A stretch of 64,000 bases of DNA from Planctomycetota bacterium (lineage in GTDB: Bacteria; Planctomycetota; PLA2; JAEUHO01): assembly GCA_965222115.1 (NCBI GenBank), contig CBDCTJ010000007.1, forward strand, positions 2,048,001 to 2,112,000. The letters run 5' to 3'. The notes beneath the pieces are model-generated. The model searched no databases, was not told the origin of the DNA, and saw only the letters and a list, made by a program, of their open reading frames with translations. A program made the position numbers and the translations under genes. Of this stretch, positions 46,936 to 57,493 are shown one piece after another; the first letter of the stretch is position 1; each line of letters begins with the position of its first letter.

Positions 46936-48777
46936 TCACGCGTCCGGCATAATCCCCTGTTCAACGCCAACGTAACGACCTTCCATCACCCGTTGTGCAA
47001 GTCGGCGCGAGTGGGCGTCTACGCTGTACTTATGGCGACGATTGTCTTTGATGCGGGCGCGGGCGTAGCGGCAGTAGAGATCGGCGAGTTCAATGGAGGG
47101 CTCGTCGCCGCGTGATGCAGCGCGCGAAATGGTGGCGGCCATGGCCGTGAGCTCGGTGCCTTCGTCCACGATGCGGCCAACAAGGGCCTGCCGATGTTCG
47201 AGCTTGGGACCAAAGCGAACCATGGCGTGGAATATGCGACGTGCAAGACGACGCGAGCCGCTGCGAACATATCGCCAGTGTTTCTTGAGCGCGGGTGGCA
47301 TGTCCGATGGCGTGCCGAATGTGGGCAGCCAGCGTTTGAGATACCACCACGGATACGTCGCGGCACACTTGAGAAACGCCTTGGCGCGTGCTCCGAAGGG
47401 TGCTGAGGGTTTAGCGAATGCGCCGGCCTTACGAAGGTGGGGGTCGAGCGCTTCGCGCGCCAGAAAGAGGCGCATGACTTCGCTCGTTCCTTCCACGATG
47501 CGGTTAAGGCGCGCCTCGCGGAAGATGCGCTCGACCGGTGCATCGGACTCGCCGCGTGCGCGCAAAGACTCTGCAGTTTCGTATCCACGACCACCGCGAA
47601 TCTGAACAGTGCGGTCTGCAATGGCGAATACGTGTTCCGAGCAAAAGAGCTTCGCCATGGCGGCTTCAATACGAATGTCGGACTCGCCATCGTCGGCAAG
47701 CGCCGCGGCGTAGTCGCTAAACGATTCCATCGCAAACGTGTGCGCCGCGATCCATCCCACTTGCACGGCTACTGCCTCGAGTTCGCCAATCTTCTCGCCC
47801 CACTGTTCGCGTTCGTCGATCCATGTGCGGACAATGCGCAGGCACGTCTTTGCAACCGCCGTATTCGTGGCAGGTAACGTCAAACGTCCCGTGTTGAGCG
47901 TAATGAGTGCGAGCTTGAGTCCATTGCCCTCTTCCCACAACAGATTCTCTTTGGGGACGCGCACATTGTTGAATCGCAGGAGGCCGCTGTGAATCCCACC
48001 GTAGCCCATGAAGTCGCAGCGATGCACGACCTCAAAGCCCGGTACATCCGTGTCCACGATAAATGCGGAAATCTGTGGACGCGGCTTTCCGCGAATCACC
48101 TTCTCGGGTGTGCGCGCCATTACGATGATCGTGTCGGCCTTTGGCCCGTTGGTGCACCAGAGTTTCTCGCCACTGAGGATCCATGCTTCACCGTCCTCCG
48201 TGGGCGTGGCTCGCGTCTGCATACGCGCCGGGTCGCTTCCTGCTTCTGGCTCGGTCAGCGCAAACGCGCTCAATTTGTCGCCTGCCATGGCGGGCAAGTA
48301 CTTGTCCTTCTGTTCTTTCGTACCAAACAACTTGAGCGGCGTACTCACGCCAATGCTCTGGTGGCCACTCATCCATATGGCCGTGCTGCCGCACCATGAA
48401 CCCACAAGTCCAACCGTGCGATTGTAGTTGGTCTGACTGAAGCCCAGGCCACCGTACTGCTTGGGGATCTTCAATCGAAACGCGCCAAGCTCCCGCAGGC
48501 GCTTCATAGCCTTCTCGGGAATCTCGCGATCGCGATCGACCGCGTCGGGATCAATCTCTTCGCGCAAGGCCGCTTCGAGTTTTTGAAGCAGCGGGTCGGC
48601 GGCGGCGCGATCGGCGGCGTCCTGTTCGGGAAACGGATGTACCAACTCGGACCTAAGCGACCCCAGAAAGAGCCCCGCTGCGAACGATGGATGACTCTGC
48701 TCGCTTTCGCGTGCGTCTTCAACCACTTCCATGGCCTCCGCCCGTGCATCGGATGGCTTGGGCGTGGACGACTTCAT
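46936..48777 (-). CDS. Acyl-CoA dehydrogenase (long, VLCAD-like)
   Basis: IPKQYGGLG, HQSIG, AFALTEPEAGSD, GEKLWCTNG, LNTGRL, QIRGGRGYE, RIVEGTSE. Alternative start at 48834. Confidence 0.95.
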   Translation of the reverse strand: MKSSTPKPSDARAEAMEVVEDARESEQSHPSFAAGLFLGSLRSELVHPFPEQDAADRAAADPLLQKLEAALREEIDPDAVDRDREIPEKAMKRLRELGAFRLKIPKQYGGLGFSQTNYNRTVGLVGSWCGSTAIWMSGHQSIGVSTPLKLFGTKEQKDKYLPAMAGDKLSAFALTEPEAGSDPARMQTRATPTEDGEAWILSGEKLWCTNGPKADTIIVMARTPEKVIRGKPRPQISAFIVDTDVPGFEVVHRCDFMGYGGIHSGLLRFNNVRVPKENLLWEEGNGLKLALITLNTGRLTLPATNTAVAKTCLRIVRTWIDEREQWGEKIGELEAVAVQVGWIAAHTFAMESFSDYAAALADDGESDIRIEAAMAKLFCSEHVFAIADRTVQIRGGRGYETAESLRARGESDAPVERIFREARLNRIVEGTSEVMRLFLAREALDPHLRKAGAFAKPSAPFGARAKAFLKCAATYPWWYLKRWLPTFGTPSDMPPALKKHWRYVRSGSRRLARRIFHAMVRFGPKLEHRQALVGRIVDEGTELTAMAATISRAASRGDEPSIELADLYCRYARARIKDNRRHKYSVDAHSRRLAQRVMEGRYVGVEQGIMPDA

Positions 48778-48942
48778 GGGGATCGTGGTCTCCGAACGTT
48801 TGGAAGCGAGCTTGAATCTTCGCTTGGGATGCACATGCCGCAGTCAAAATTTGGTCCTGTTGCCGCTACGGAATTGACCGCTCTGAACAGATGTACACGA
48901 GGGCGAGCGTCGATTCGGGCGCACTTCATGTAGGTTGTGTGT

Positions 48943-50490
48943 ATGTCGCTGCGCACGAAATTGCTTGCCGCCGTCATCGGACTCCCGGTGGCCGTTGTGC
49001 TGCTCGCTTTGATCGTTTTGATGCGCTCTGAATCGACGGAACATACGCCCGCCAGCGCGATCGAGCACTCGGTTCGCGAACTCATGCGTGAGTGGGAAGC
49101 CGCGCGCGAGTCGGCGCCAGAGGGAGTGGAGGGAGCTGCATCGCGGCGTCGACACCAGCAGGCCCTGCGTCGCTTCTTGAAGCGTGTTCGGGAGCTTGAG
49201 CAACAGGGGCAATTCACGGAAAGCTTTATCGTGCTCATGCCACGTCCGGCTTCTGAACAGGCGACGTTCGATATCTGGACACTTAGCGGCTACTTGGACA
49301 CGAAAATCCGCGGCGGTGATGACGACGAACCCGATGTGCGGGATCCGGAGTTGAAACGTCAGCTTACAGAGTGGGCACAGGGTGCGTTTCGCGGTGGATT
49401 TCGATTTCGTGACTCGCATGTCGCGCTGGCCGGTCGCCTTAAAGTGGACGATCGCCACTACGTAGTCGTTGCCCGATCGCACGATCATCGCGCAGCCATG
49501 CGCCGCGTCTATTGGTTGTTGATTGCCGGCGCGTTGCTGCTGGCTGCCATTGCCTATTGGTTAGTGTCGCGGTGGGTCACTCAGCCGCTTAGACAACTCG
49601 GCGACGCGGCGAATCGCATTGCGCATGGAGACTATGAACTGGGCATCGATCCCCAAGGTCGAACCGACGAGTTTGGCCAAGCGCTGCGTGCACTCAATCA
49701 TATGTCCGGAGAGATTGCCGAGTATCAAGGCCACTTAGAAGACCGCGTGATGTCGGCCCTCGGTCGCATGAAAAGCGCCGAGAAGCACTTGACCGTGGCG
49801 CAACGACTCGCCGCAACCGGAAAGCTCGCGGCCGGACTCGCACACGAGATCAACAACCCCCTGGGCGGCATGCAAAATGCCGTTCGCGCGCTACGACGGG
49901 GTGATATGGACGCTGAGAAGACCGAAGTGTATCTGGGCCTTATTGGTGATGGGCTCAGTCGCGTTGAGCAAACGGTCAAGCGCTTTCTTGCATTCTCACC
50001 TCGCCGCATGGACGCACGCGCGTGTGACTTGTCTACGGTGGTTCGCAAGGGACTGGCCCTAGCCGAGCACCGTGCTGAGCGCTCCCACATCGTCGTCAAA
50101 GAGGAACTCGCGCCGGAAGGCGAGGCCATGGTCTATGGGGATTCCAATGAGTTGCAGCAAGTGGCGTTGAATCTCTTTCTCAATGCTGTTGATGCCGTTG
50201 CCGCGCAAAAGGAGCCCTTCATTCACATTCGCGTTGCGGCCCAGGGCGAAGAAGTCGTGTTGCGCGTGGACGACAATGGCGTGGGCATGACGGAAGAGGA
50301 TCAAGAGCGCTGCTTCGATATGTTCTTCACCTCCAAGTCGGTGGGGGAAGGAACCGGGATGGGACTGGCCGTGGTGCACACCATCATTACAAATCACGGC
50401 GGGCGCCTGGAGTTGCGGAGTCAGCCGGGTGAGGGCACGAGCTTTCAGGTGATCCTGCCCAGAGAACATACGGAGCAGGGATCGAGGTGA
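48943..50490 (+). CDS. Membrane sensor histidine kinase (2 TM, HAMP, HisKA, HATPase)
   Basis: GLAHEINNPL, QVALNLFLNA, DDNGVGM, FFTSK..GEGTGMGL. Confidence 0.95.
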   Translation: MSLRTKLLAAVIGLPVAVVLLALIVLMRSESTEHTPASAIEHSVRELMREWEAARESAPEGVEGAASRRRHQQALRRFLKRVRELEQQGQFTESFIVLMPRPASEQATFDIWTLSGYLDTKIRGGDDDEPDVRDPELKRQLTEWAQGAFRGGFRFRDSHVALAGRLKVDDRHYVVVARSHDHRAAMRRVYWLLIAGALLLAAIAYWLVSRWVTQPLRQLGDAANRIAHGDYELGIDPQGRTDEFGQALRALNHMSGEIAEYQGHLEDRVMSALGRMKSAEKHLTVAQRLAATGKLAAGLAHEINNPLGGMQNAVRALRRGDMDAEKTEVYLGLIGDGLSRVEQTVKRFLAFSPRRMDARACDLSTVVRKGLALAEHRAERSHIVVKEELAPEGEAMVYGDSNELQQVALNLFLNAVDAVAAQKEPFIHIRVAAQGEEVVLRVDDNGVGMTEEDQERCFDMFFTSKSVGEGTGMGLAVVHTIITNHGGRLELRSQPGEGTSFQVILPREHTEQGSR

Positions 50491-50607
50491 CCTGTTGGTG
50501 TTTGTTCAGGCACCTGAATAGCCTGATTGGCAGCAATTTGTCCTCGAATCAACGCATCTCAAGGTGCCCTCAGGTAAAACAGGGGGACTGTCTATAGGAG
50601 GGATGCC

Positions 50608-51264
50608 ATGTCCCGTCGCGATTCGAATTCAATTGGCCACGATTCCAGATCAGACAGCCAAGATGCCGGTAGCCGCAGCATCGGGCCCAAAGCCGCGCTT
50701 TGGATTGGCTTTCTGGCTGGTGGATGGTTGGCCACGCTCGCCTTCGTCTTCCTACCTGGATCGCTTGGCCAGGGTAACGCCTCGATCTTCCCCGCGGCCC
50801 ATGCGGAAGACCCGCCGCTTGGTGGCGAGAATCCCGGCAAGAATCCTGGATTGGGTGGGCTACTTCCGGGTGGCACAACCGATTCGCGCCCGCGGGGCAT
50901 TCCAAATCCCGGCGGTGGCACATCCGATTCGAATCGGCGTGCGATAGCGCTGTCGGCCTCGGTGGGCGGCGGCGAAAGTGCCGTGTACTACTTCGATACA
51001 GTGGCCCAGCGCCTGCTCGTCTATCAATACCGGGGCCGCCTCGTGAGTGGGGATCGCCCGCTCGGGAAGAATGACCGCGGCGGCCTGCGCTTGCTGGCGG
51101 CACGGCACATCGACCTAGATCTCAAGCTCAGCGCCTATCGCGATCTCTCCGAGCGCACACGGCGCGAGCTCAAAATCATGATGGACGCTGAGAAGGAGGG
51201 GAAGAAGCCCCCCAAGAAGTTCAAGCGCCCTCCCACCAAGGAAATCGAGATCGGCGACGATTAG
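50608..51264 (+). CDS. Hypothetical exported or membrane-anchored protein
   Basis: AGGAGG RBS, TM segment, Gly/Pro linker, beta-rich core (VYYFDT..QRLLVY, LRLLAARHI..DL). Confidence 0.75.
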   Translation: MSRRDSNSIGHDSRSDSQDAGSRSIGPKAALWIGFLAGGWLATLAFVFLPGSLGQGNASIFPAAHAEDPPLGGENPGKNPGLGGLLPGGTTDSRPRGIPNPGGGTSDSNRRAIALSASVGGGESAVYYFDTVAQRLLVYQYRGRLVSGDRPLGKNDRGGLRLLAARHIDLDLKLSAYRDLSERTRRELKIMMDAEKEGKKPPKKFKRPPTKEIEIGDD

Positions 51265-51508
51265 AATCTGTCGGAAGAGGCAGCGCCCGTTTGGCCTCCG
51301 TCAGGTGCTCGCCCTGGGACGCCCTCAGATCCTTCCGTTCTGATGCGATTTCGACTACGCTCTGGCCCAGGAGGCGGGTTGTCACGGTTCGGTCTCGAGC
51401 GGTGGTAACGTTAAGGAGGGCCGCGAGTGCGCGGTCCATGGCGGTTGTCGCATGACGGCGAACGCCGGTAGTTAATCTGCCCCGAGTTTTTTCCCTTGGG
51501 AGTTCAGC

Positions 51509-52195
51509 GTGGCCAAGTCCAAGAGCGGTGAGTTTTACAGCTTCGACGAAGTCCTTCGACAGCTCAACATTGATGAGAATCGGCTTAAGCGCCTCGTATC
51601 GGAGGGCGAAGTTCGCGCCTTCCGCGAGGGCGGTCAGATGAAGTTCAAGCGCGGCGATATCGACACGCTTGCCGGTCGCTCCGGTCGCGGCAGCCACACA
51701 TCGGAAACGTCGCTCACCGAAATCAGCCTTGAGGATGACAATGCCTCCACGCGCCACGTAGGCGCATCGGTCGGCGAGACGTTGGCCGACGATCTTTTGG
51801 AAGAGCCCGATATCTCAGCCACGGGTGGCTTGCGCACCGCCGAGATTTCCAGCCAAGACACCTTCATCGATCAAGAAGGTGTGGGTATGTCCACTGAGCC
51901 CATCGATTTCACCGGCGACGACATGCTCGACGACGATGATGACATCGACATTGGCGTGGACCGCCCCTCGTCGCGTCGTTCTGCAGAACGTCGTCCTCAA
52001 CAGCGTCGCGTCTACGTCGAAGAGGATGAGCGCACGCACCCCATGTTGTTGCTCTGCATGCTTCTTGCCGCACTGCTCGGCCTCTATGCTTGGCTCACCA
52101 CCATTTCCATTGGTCGCGGCCAGTCCAACTCCATGACCGAGTTCGGTGCCAAGACGTTCGGGCCCAAAGAGCACCCGGCCAATCTCAAGAAGTAG
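51509..52195 (+). CDS. Excisionase/MerR-like HTH protein with acidic linker and C-terminal TM
   Basis: FYSFDEV...L.I....LKRLVSEGEVRAFREGGQMKFK..DID; Asp/Glu-rich middle; LLLCMLLAALLGLYAWL. Confidence 0.8.
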   Translation: MAKSKSGEFYSFDEVLRQLNIDENRLKRLVSEGEVRAFREGGQMKFKRGDIDTLAGRSGRGSHTSETSLTEISLEDDNASTRHVGASVGETLADDLLEEPDISATGGLRTAEISSQDTFIDQEGVGMSTEPIDFTGDDMLDDDDDIDIGVDRPSSRRSAERRPQQRRVYVEEDERTHPMLLLCMLLAALLGLYAWLTTISIGRGQSNSMTEFGAKTFGPKEHPANLKK

Positions 52196-52235
52196 CGCTC
52201 GTACCAACCGGTTGCCCTGTCCTACGGTCTAGGCT

Positions 52236-53510
52236 GTGGTCGTGTCGATCTCGGTACGCCATGGCTTGACTTGCCTACTTTGCCCGATGTTGCTTATCGG
52301 AGCCATCGTTTCGGTTGCGGCGGCCGAAGATCCCAAGGCGGTTCGAGCCGTATCAGCGCTTCGCAAGCTTGTCTTGAGCGATGATCTCAATGGCGCTGAG
52401 CAGACCGCGCACGATGTGATGTCGCAATGGCCGGCAAGCCGCCATGCGAAGTGGAATGCCGCCTATGTGCACGCACGTCGCGCCAGTCGCGCACTGCATG
52501 AGCGCCGTGGATCGGACGCGCTGGACGAAGCCCACAAGGCACTCGAGCTTCATCCGGGTCGTGTGCGCTACCTCACGCTGCTGGCCCGCGCGCAATTCAT
52601 GGAGGGCGAGCAGATCGCCGCCGACAAGAGCGTTCAAAACATCTTGGATCGTGCGCCGCGTTATGCGCCTGCTCTGCTGCTGGCTGCCGACGTTGCTGAA
52701 CGTGCGGGTGATTTCGAACGTGCGATCGCTTCCATTTCTGATTACGCCGCGCTGAGACCTGATGATGCCGAGCGCCTTGCGAGTCGTATGGCGGAACTTG
52801 AGCGACGCAAGACCACGGAAGCCACGTACTTGTCTCACTCAAGTGGCAACTTTGACGTTCGCTATAGCGAAGAGGCGGACGCTGAAACGGTGCGACTTGC
52901 GATTACGTTGTTGGAGAATGCCTACAGTCAAGTGACGGCCGACTTGGGGATGCAGCCCAAGACGCAAGCCACGGTCATCCTCTATGCGGATCGAGAGTTT
53001 CAAACGGTCACGCAGGCCCACGGTTGGGTGGCCGGACTGTATCGCGGCGGCACGCTCAAATTGCCACTGAAGAATCTCACGGCGCATCGCGACCGTGCGG
53101 CACGCATTCTCACGCATGAGTTTGTGCACCATGTGTTGCGCGAGCAATCGCCCAAGCTCCCCAGTTGGCTTCATGAGGGCATTGCGCAGTATCTCGAGCA
53201 ACCGCCAAACAACCGCCACGCGCGTTGGCAGGAAGTCACGGCGCGCTTGCGTCCGCTGAAAAAACACGTGCTCAGCGCCAAACAGCTTTCGGGCGTGCGC
53301 ATTAGTGCCACCAAGAGTGGTGCCACCGCCAATCTTCTGTACGCCCAGTCTCATGCGATTGTCGGATGGTTGATTGATATGCGTGGACTTACGAGTTTCC
53401 CCGACTTTGCACGTGAGCTCGCGCGCGGACCCAACCTCGATGATGCGGCCAAGAAGATCTATGGCGGCACGTGGTCGGAGCTTGTGGCGGCCTGGAAGGA
53501 ACAGCTCTAA
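52236..53510 (+). CDS. Exported TPR plus clan MA (gluzincin-like) metallopeptidase
   Basis: Signal peptide, TPR-like helices, HEFVH and WLHEGIAQY. Confidence 0.85.
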   Translation: MVVSISVRHGLTCLLCPMLLIGAIVSVAAAEDPKAVRAVSALRKLVLSDDLNGAEQTAHDVMSQWPASRHAKWNAAYVHARRASRALHERRGSDALDEAHKALELHPGRVRYLTLLARAQFMEGEQIAADKSVQNILDRAPRYAPALLLAADVAERAGDFERAIASISDYAALRPDDAERLASRMAELERRKTTEATYLSHSSGNFDVRYSEEADAETVRLAITLLENAYSQVTADLGMQPKTQATVILYADREFQTVTQAHGWVAGLYRGGTLKLPLKNLTAHRDRAARILTHEFVHHVLREQSPKLPSWLHEGIAQYLEQPPNNRHARWQEVTARLRPLKKHVLSAKQLSGVRISATKSGATANLLYAQSHAIVGWLIDMRGLTSFPDFARELARGPNLDDAAKKIYGGTWSELVAAWKEQL

Positions 53511-53587
53511 CGTCGGTTGAATGCCACCGAGTGTGTTCGACGAACTTTTGGACTGTTACCGAATCGAGTCGTATGCGTAGAAGGGGT

Positions 53588-54391
53588 ATGAACCAGCCCA
53601 AAGTCACGCCGCCCCAACCTGCTTACGCCAAGCGTCCCGCGAAGTCCGCTCCGAGCGGATCACATTCCGTGGCGCCTCCAGACGCGCCGAAAACTCCCGC
53701 AAACACCTTGGCGGTCGATGACGCGACGGATTCTGCAACGACGTTGCCGCAAGCGGTGCTGGAACGCGGCGCGAAGGACCTCTCGCACACTGAGCTTCTG
53801 GAGATCCTCGTCTACTCGCGCGGTGGCCCCAAGGCGGCGCGTCAGTGCGCGCGGGGCCTCATGTCGATCTTCGAGTCCCCCGCGGGCATCGCTTCGGCAA
53901 CTCAGGAAGAGCTCACGTCGGTTGCGGGCGTTGGGCCGGTGATCGCCGGTCGCCTCATGGCAGCGTTTGAGTTGGCACGACGTGCACGTGAAGAACCCAT
54001 CGCCCGTGGATCTCCCCTTCGTGCGAGTTCCGAGATCTTTGGTGCCTTTCACGAACGCATGCGTGAGCTTAAGAAGGAGCGCTTCTTGATCGTCATGCTC
54101 GATGGAAAGAACCGCGTGATCCGTGAAGACCTCGTGTCGGAAGGCATCCTCACGGCCAGCCTCGTGCATCCCCGAGAGGTATTCTCCCCGGCCATTCGCG
54201 CCTGCGCCGCAGGCATTGTACTGGTCCACAACCATCCCAGCGGAGACCCCGAACCCAGTCCCGAGGACATTGAGATCACCAAACGCCTCTCCACGGTCGG
54301 GGAACTCATCGGCATCCGTGTGCTCGACCACGTCATCATTGGCGACGGGAGATACGTGTCGTTCTTAGAACGGGGACTGATTAGTGTGTAG
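53588..54391 (+). CDS. radC: RadC (JAB/MPN domain) protein
   Basis: LS..ELL.IL, HhH GVGP, VHPREVF, HNHPSGDPEPS.ED, LDHVIIG. Confidence 0.95.
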   Translation: MNQPKVTPPQPAYAKRPAKSAPSGSHSVAPPDAPKTPANTLAVDDATDSATTLPQAVLERGAKDLSHTELLEILVYSRGGPKAARQCARGLMSIFESPAGIASATQEELTSVAGVGPVIAGRLMAAFELARRAREEPIARGSPLRASSEIFGAFHERMRELKKERFLIVMLDGKNRVIREDLVSEGILTASLVHPREVFSPAIRACAAGIVLVHNHPSGDPEPSPEDIEITKRLSTVGELIGIRVLDHVIIGDGRYVSFLERGLISV

Positions 54392-54453
54392 ACACGCGCG
54401 AGGCATGGCGTGTCCCAACGCGTGCGAACCACTGGCAGCACGCGCATGCAAAC

Positions 54454-55329
54454 TCAATGTCTACGCAGTCGCTGAGATACCGCATCGCACCAATTGTCGA
54501 TCGCGCCATCGGGATCGCCGCATTCTGCGACGTAGAGATAGGGCTCAATGAGCTCAAGCTCAACGAGTGCTGGACCGGATTCCATGGGCACGAGATCGAC
54601 TCTTGCATAGAGCAACGGAGGAATCTCAAGGAGGTTGCGTGTGATCCGGAGTACTTGCTCCGCCACGTCGCGTTCGGTTTGTGAAGGCTCGTAGGAGCGC
54701 GTCATGCCTCCGAGATGTTCTTGCACGCGAAAGTCCCCCGGCGCCGGCGTCTTGACCACCGCATGCGAAAACGAACCGCCAAAGAACATGAGCGATCGCT
54801 CGCCTTCCGCTTCGATCTGTGCCACATACGGTTGGACCAGGACGGGGCCGCTTTCTAGCAACGCGTGGAGATGAGACGTTGCTTCTGGCGCAGTCGAACT
54901 CAAGTGACGCTGCGTGCCTCGCGCCCCAGCCGACATGGCAGGCTTGATAACGATCGGACCACGTACTGTGAGCGGCGTGTCAACGTGTGTAACAAGTTGC
55001 GTCGGCACGATGGGCACGCCCTTGCTTTCAAGTTCGAGCAGGTACGCCTTGTTCATGTTCCACGCCACCGTCTTGGCGTCGTTGAGCAATTGGCACACTT
55101 CGTCTGTACGGCAAGTCCAAGCGAGAAACTGCTCGATATGGTCAAGGTAATTCCATGTCGAGCGTACGATGACTATGTCGACGTCATGCCAAGGCAGATT
55201 AGGTTCGTCCCAGCCCCAAACGGCGGTTGCGAAACCTCTGCGGTTCATGGCCGCGGCGAGCGCATCCGTTTCGGATTCTGGATGCGGCAACGAGCTGGCC
55301 GTCGCTAACACGACCCGCGGCGAGTTCAT
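54454..55329 (-). CDS. ATP-grasp (RimK/glutathione synthetase-like) ligase
   Basis: RSTWNY, WN..K.YL, VIKPA, QPY, GERSL, GDFRVQ...GG, YARVD, ELELIEP. Confidence 0.88.
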   Translation of the reverse strand: MNSPRVVLATASSLPHPESETDALAAAMNRRGFATAVWGWDEPNLPWHDVDIVIVRSTWNYLDHIEQFLAWTCRTDEVCQLLNDAKTVAWNMNKAYLLELESKGVPIVPTQLVTHVDTPLTVRGPIVIKPAMSAGARGTQRHLSSTAPEATSHLHALLESGPVLVQPYVAQIEAEGERSLMFFGGSFSHAVVKTPAPGDFRVQEHLGGMTRSYEPSQTERDVAEQVLRITRNLLEIPPLLYARVDLVPMESGPALVELELIEPYLYVAECGDPDGAIDNWCDAVSQRLRRH

Positions 55330-55341
55330 GGGAATGGGCCC

Positions 55342-57372
55342 CTACGCCTTTGCGGGAAATGCGCTGAGATCTCCTTCGTCGGCCTCATCCGCTTCGTCTT
55401 TGGCTCGAACGATTTTGCTCTCAATGATGGCGAATGCAGAGCTCATCACCATATAGAGCGCCAACGCGGCCGTGTAGTTGTAGAGAATCACGGCGAAGAT
55501 GATGGGTAGCCACTTCATCATCTTCATTTGTTGGGCCTGTTGCTCGTCGGCCGGTTTGGGCATGCTGCGCGTGTGCCAGATGGACAGCGCCACCATGATG
55601 AGCGGCAAGATATTGAGGGATCGAATGTCGAGAATACCCAAGTTGAGAACGCTGCCGCCGAAATCGATCAACTTGTCGGGTCCCGACAGGTCATCGATCC
55701 AAAGGAAGGGCGCGCCACGCAGGGTGTATTCCACGCGCAACGCCGAGAAGAGCGCAAAGAAGATGGGAATCTGAATGAGCATCATGAGACAGCCGGTGGG
55801 GAAGCCCACGCCGTTCTCGCGATAGAGCTTCATCTGCTCGTCGCGCAACTTCTTGGGATTCTTGGCGTAGCGTTCTTGGAGTGCGGCCACTTTGGGCTTG
55901 AGCTTGGCCACCCGCTTGCCGTAGCGACGCATGGAGAGCTGGTTCTTGATTGAGATGGGCATCATGGCGCCACGCACGCAGAGCGTCATCAGAATCACAC
56001 CCACGCCCGCGCTTCCAAACAGATTGCGCCAGAAGTCGTAAAGCCACAGCAGAAACTTGGCTACGAAGTCGAACGCGCTCGGATAGGTAATGACCGAGTT
56101 CAAGGGCTTGTAGGCGTCTTGACCCAGCACGTCGCGCGCAAGGGGACCGGCGAAAATGTTTAGCTCAACGGGTGCGGCGCTGGCATCTTGCTCTAGAATT
56201 GGAAGTTGAAGTGTGATCCACGAAAATAGCGCGCTTTCCGCACCGGGTTTTACGCGCTTGGCGGCATAGTTGTCTTTGCCAACGATGTCACGGCCGCGTT
56301 CGTCCTTCATGTACTTGATGATGGCTTCTTCCATCAATCCACGCTTGGCGGCTTCTTCTCCCGTGGCCCAGAATGCCGTGATGGGGGGTTCATTGGCGCC
56401 GCGCTCTGCGCCGTAATACAGCAATGCGAAATAGTGTGAGCGTGATCCCAATACCCGCAGCCGCTTGGGCTGTGTGCCGCGCAAGTCCAGTTCGTGGTAT
56501 TCGAGTCCAAACTGGTGCGTATCTTCTACATCTTCCGTATCGGATGTGCGTTTGACGATAGCGCTGGGTGTTGCAAACGCGCCTTTGAAAATCTCGCGAT
56601 ACTGCGATGCGGATACGAGCATGTGCAGAGGCAGCACCGCGTCGGGCGCCCCGTCCTGCTTTTCACCGGCGCGGCGCGCCTCCATGCGCAACGTAATATC
56701 GAATCGCTTATCCCCTTGGCCCAACACCCATTGCTTGCGAAGCGTTATGCCGTTGCCCATGTCAAAGGTGTAGACCACGTCGCTGGCGCCCGTCTTGGCT
56801 TCAGTGGCCGAGTCGCGCGTCCAGTGGAGCCTACGCAGGGGTCCCGGCAAGACATCGCGTCGACTGGCTTCACCCGGCGCGATCCGTCCACCCACATCGA
56901 TGTCGTCCAGCTGACCGATTTGCATCGTGGGATCCTTCGGAACCACGAGATCGATGGGTGTCTCTTGATCAGCCTCGTCGGCACGCAGCAGCCGAATGTG
57001 AGAGATCGCGCCGCCCAAACTCGTAAATCCGACTTCCAGCTCGGTGCTCTTCAGGACGGCGTCCGATGCGGTTACGGCATGTTGTGGATGCCTTGAATCG
57101 TCGACCACCGGTCCCTTCGTAGACGCACCACCATTGGGCTTGTCGTTCGTGGGGGGCGTGTTCGGGTCACGTGGCGTGGACGGGTCGTCCCCCGACGGGT
57201 TGGATACCGACGTGTCGTTGCCTGCTTCCCCGTTGACAGGTTTCCCATTGGAGGTGTTCTCTGCGCTCGCGTCCTGCTTCTTTGGCGGCGGACGCAAATG
57301 ATTCATAAGCGCCGAGTACCCGGAGATCGCGAGAAACGAGAGCACGATGGCCAGCAACATCCGGCGTTCCAT
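55342..57372 (-). CDS. yidC: Membrane protein insertase YidC
   Basis: MERR.LLAI.LS; large periplasmic domain; MKLYRENGV...GCL..LIQIPIFFALF, FLWIDDLS.PD, QQ.KMM. Confidence 0.95.
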   Translation of the reverse strand: MERRMLLAIVLSFLAISGYSALMNHLRPPPKKQDASAENTSNGKPVNGEAGNDTSVSNPSGDDPSTPRDPNTPPTNDKPNGGASTKGPVVDDSRHPQHAVTASDAVLKSTELEVGFTSLGGAISHIRLLRADEADQETPIDLVVPKDPTMQIGQLDDIDVGGRIAPGEASRRDVLPGPLRRLHWTRDSATEAKTGASDVVYTFDMGNGITLRKQWVLGQGDKRFDITLRMEARRAGEKQDGAPDAVLPLHMLVSASQYREIFKGAFATPSAIVKRTSDTEDVEDTHQFGLEYHELDLRGTQPKRLRVLGSRSHYFALLYYGAERGANEPPITAFWATGEEAAKRGLMEEAIIKYMKDERGRDIVGKDNYAAKRVKPGAESALFSWITLQLPILEQDASAAPVELNIFAGPLARDVLGQDAYKPLNSVITYPSAFDFVAKFLLWLYDFWRNLFGSAGVGVILMTLCVRGAMMPISIKNQLSMRRYGKRVAKLKPKVAALQERYAKNPKKLRDEQMKLYRENGVGFPTGCLMMLIQIPIFFALFSALRVEYTLRGAPFLWIDDLSGPDKLIDFGGSVLNLGILDIRSLNILPLIMVALSIWHTRSMPKPADEQQAQQMKMMKWLPIIFAVILYNYTAALALYMVMSSAFAIIESKIVRAKDEADEADEGDLSAFPAKA

Positions 57373-57493
57373 CGTTTGACTCCTTTAGGTTGGTTGCGGC
57401 GCTGTACCCGCGATGGCGCCAGAGTGTACGTCTCACCGAGAGGGTGGTTTCAGATTGCCCGAGCGGTATCGATTCCCGCGTTTGCGTGTCGAT

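Noticed and set aside
51509-51680. Prophage excisionase
   Set aside because: Fused to an acidic linker and TM helix; no integrase or phage genes nearby.
53588-54391. radC as a mobile-element marker
   Set aside because: Full-length chromosomal type with N-terminal HhH region, among housekeeping genes.
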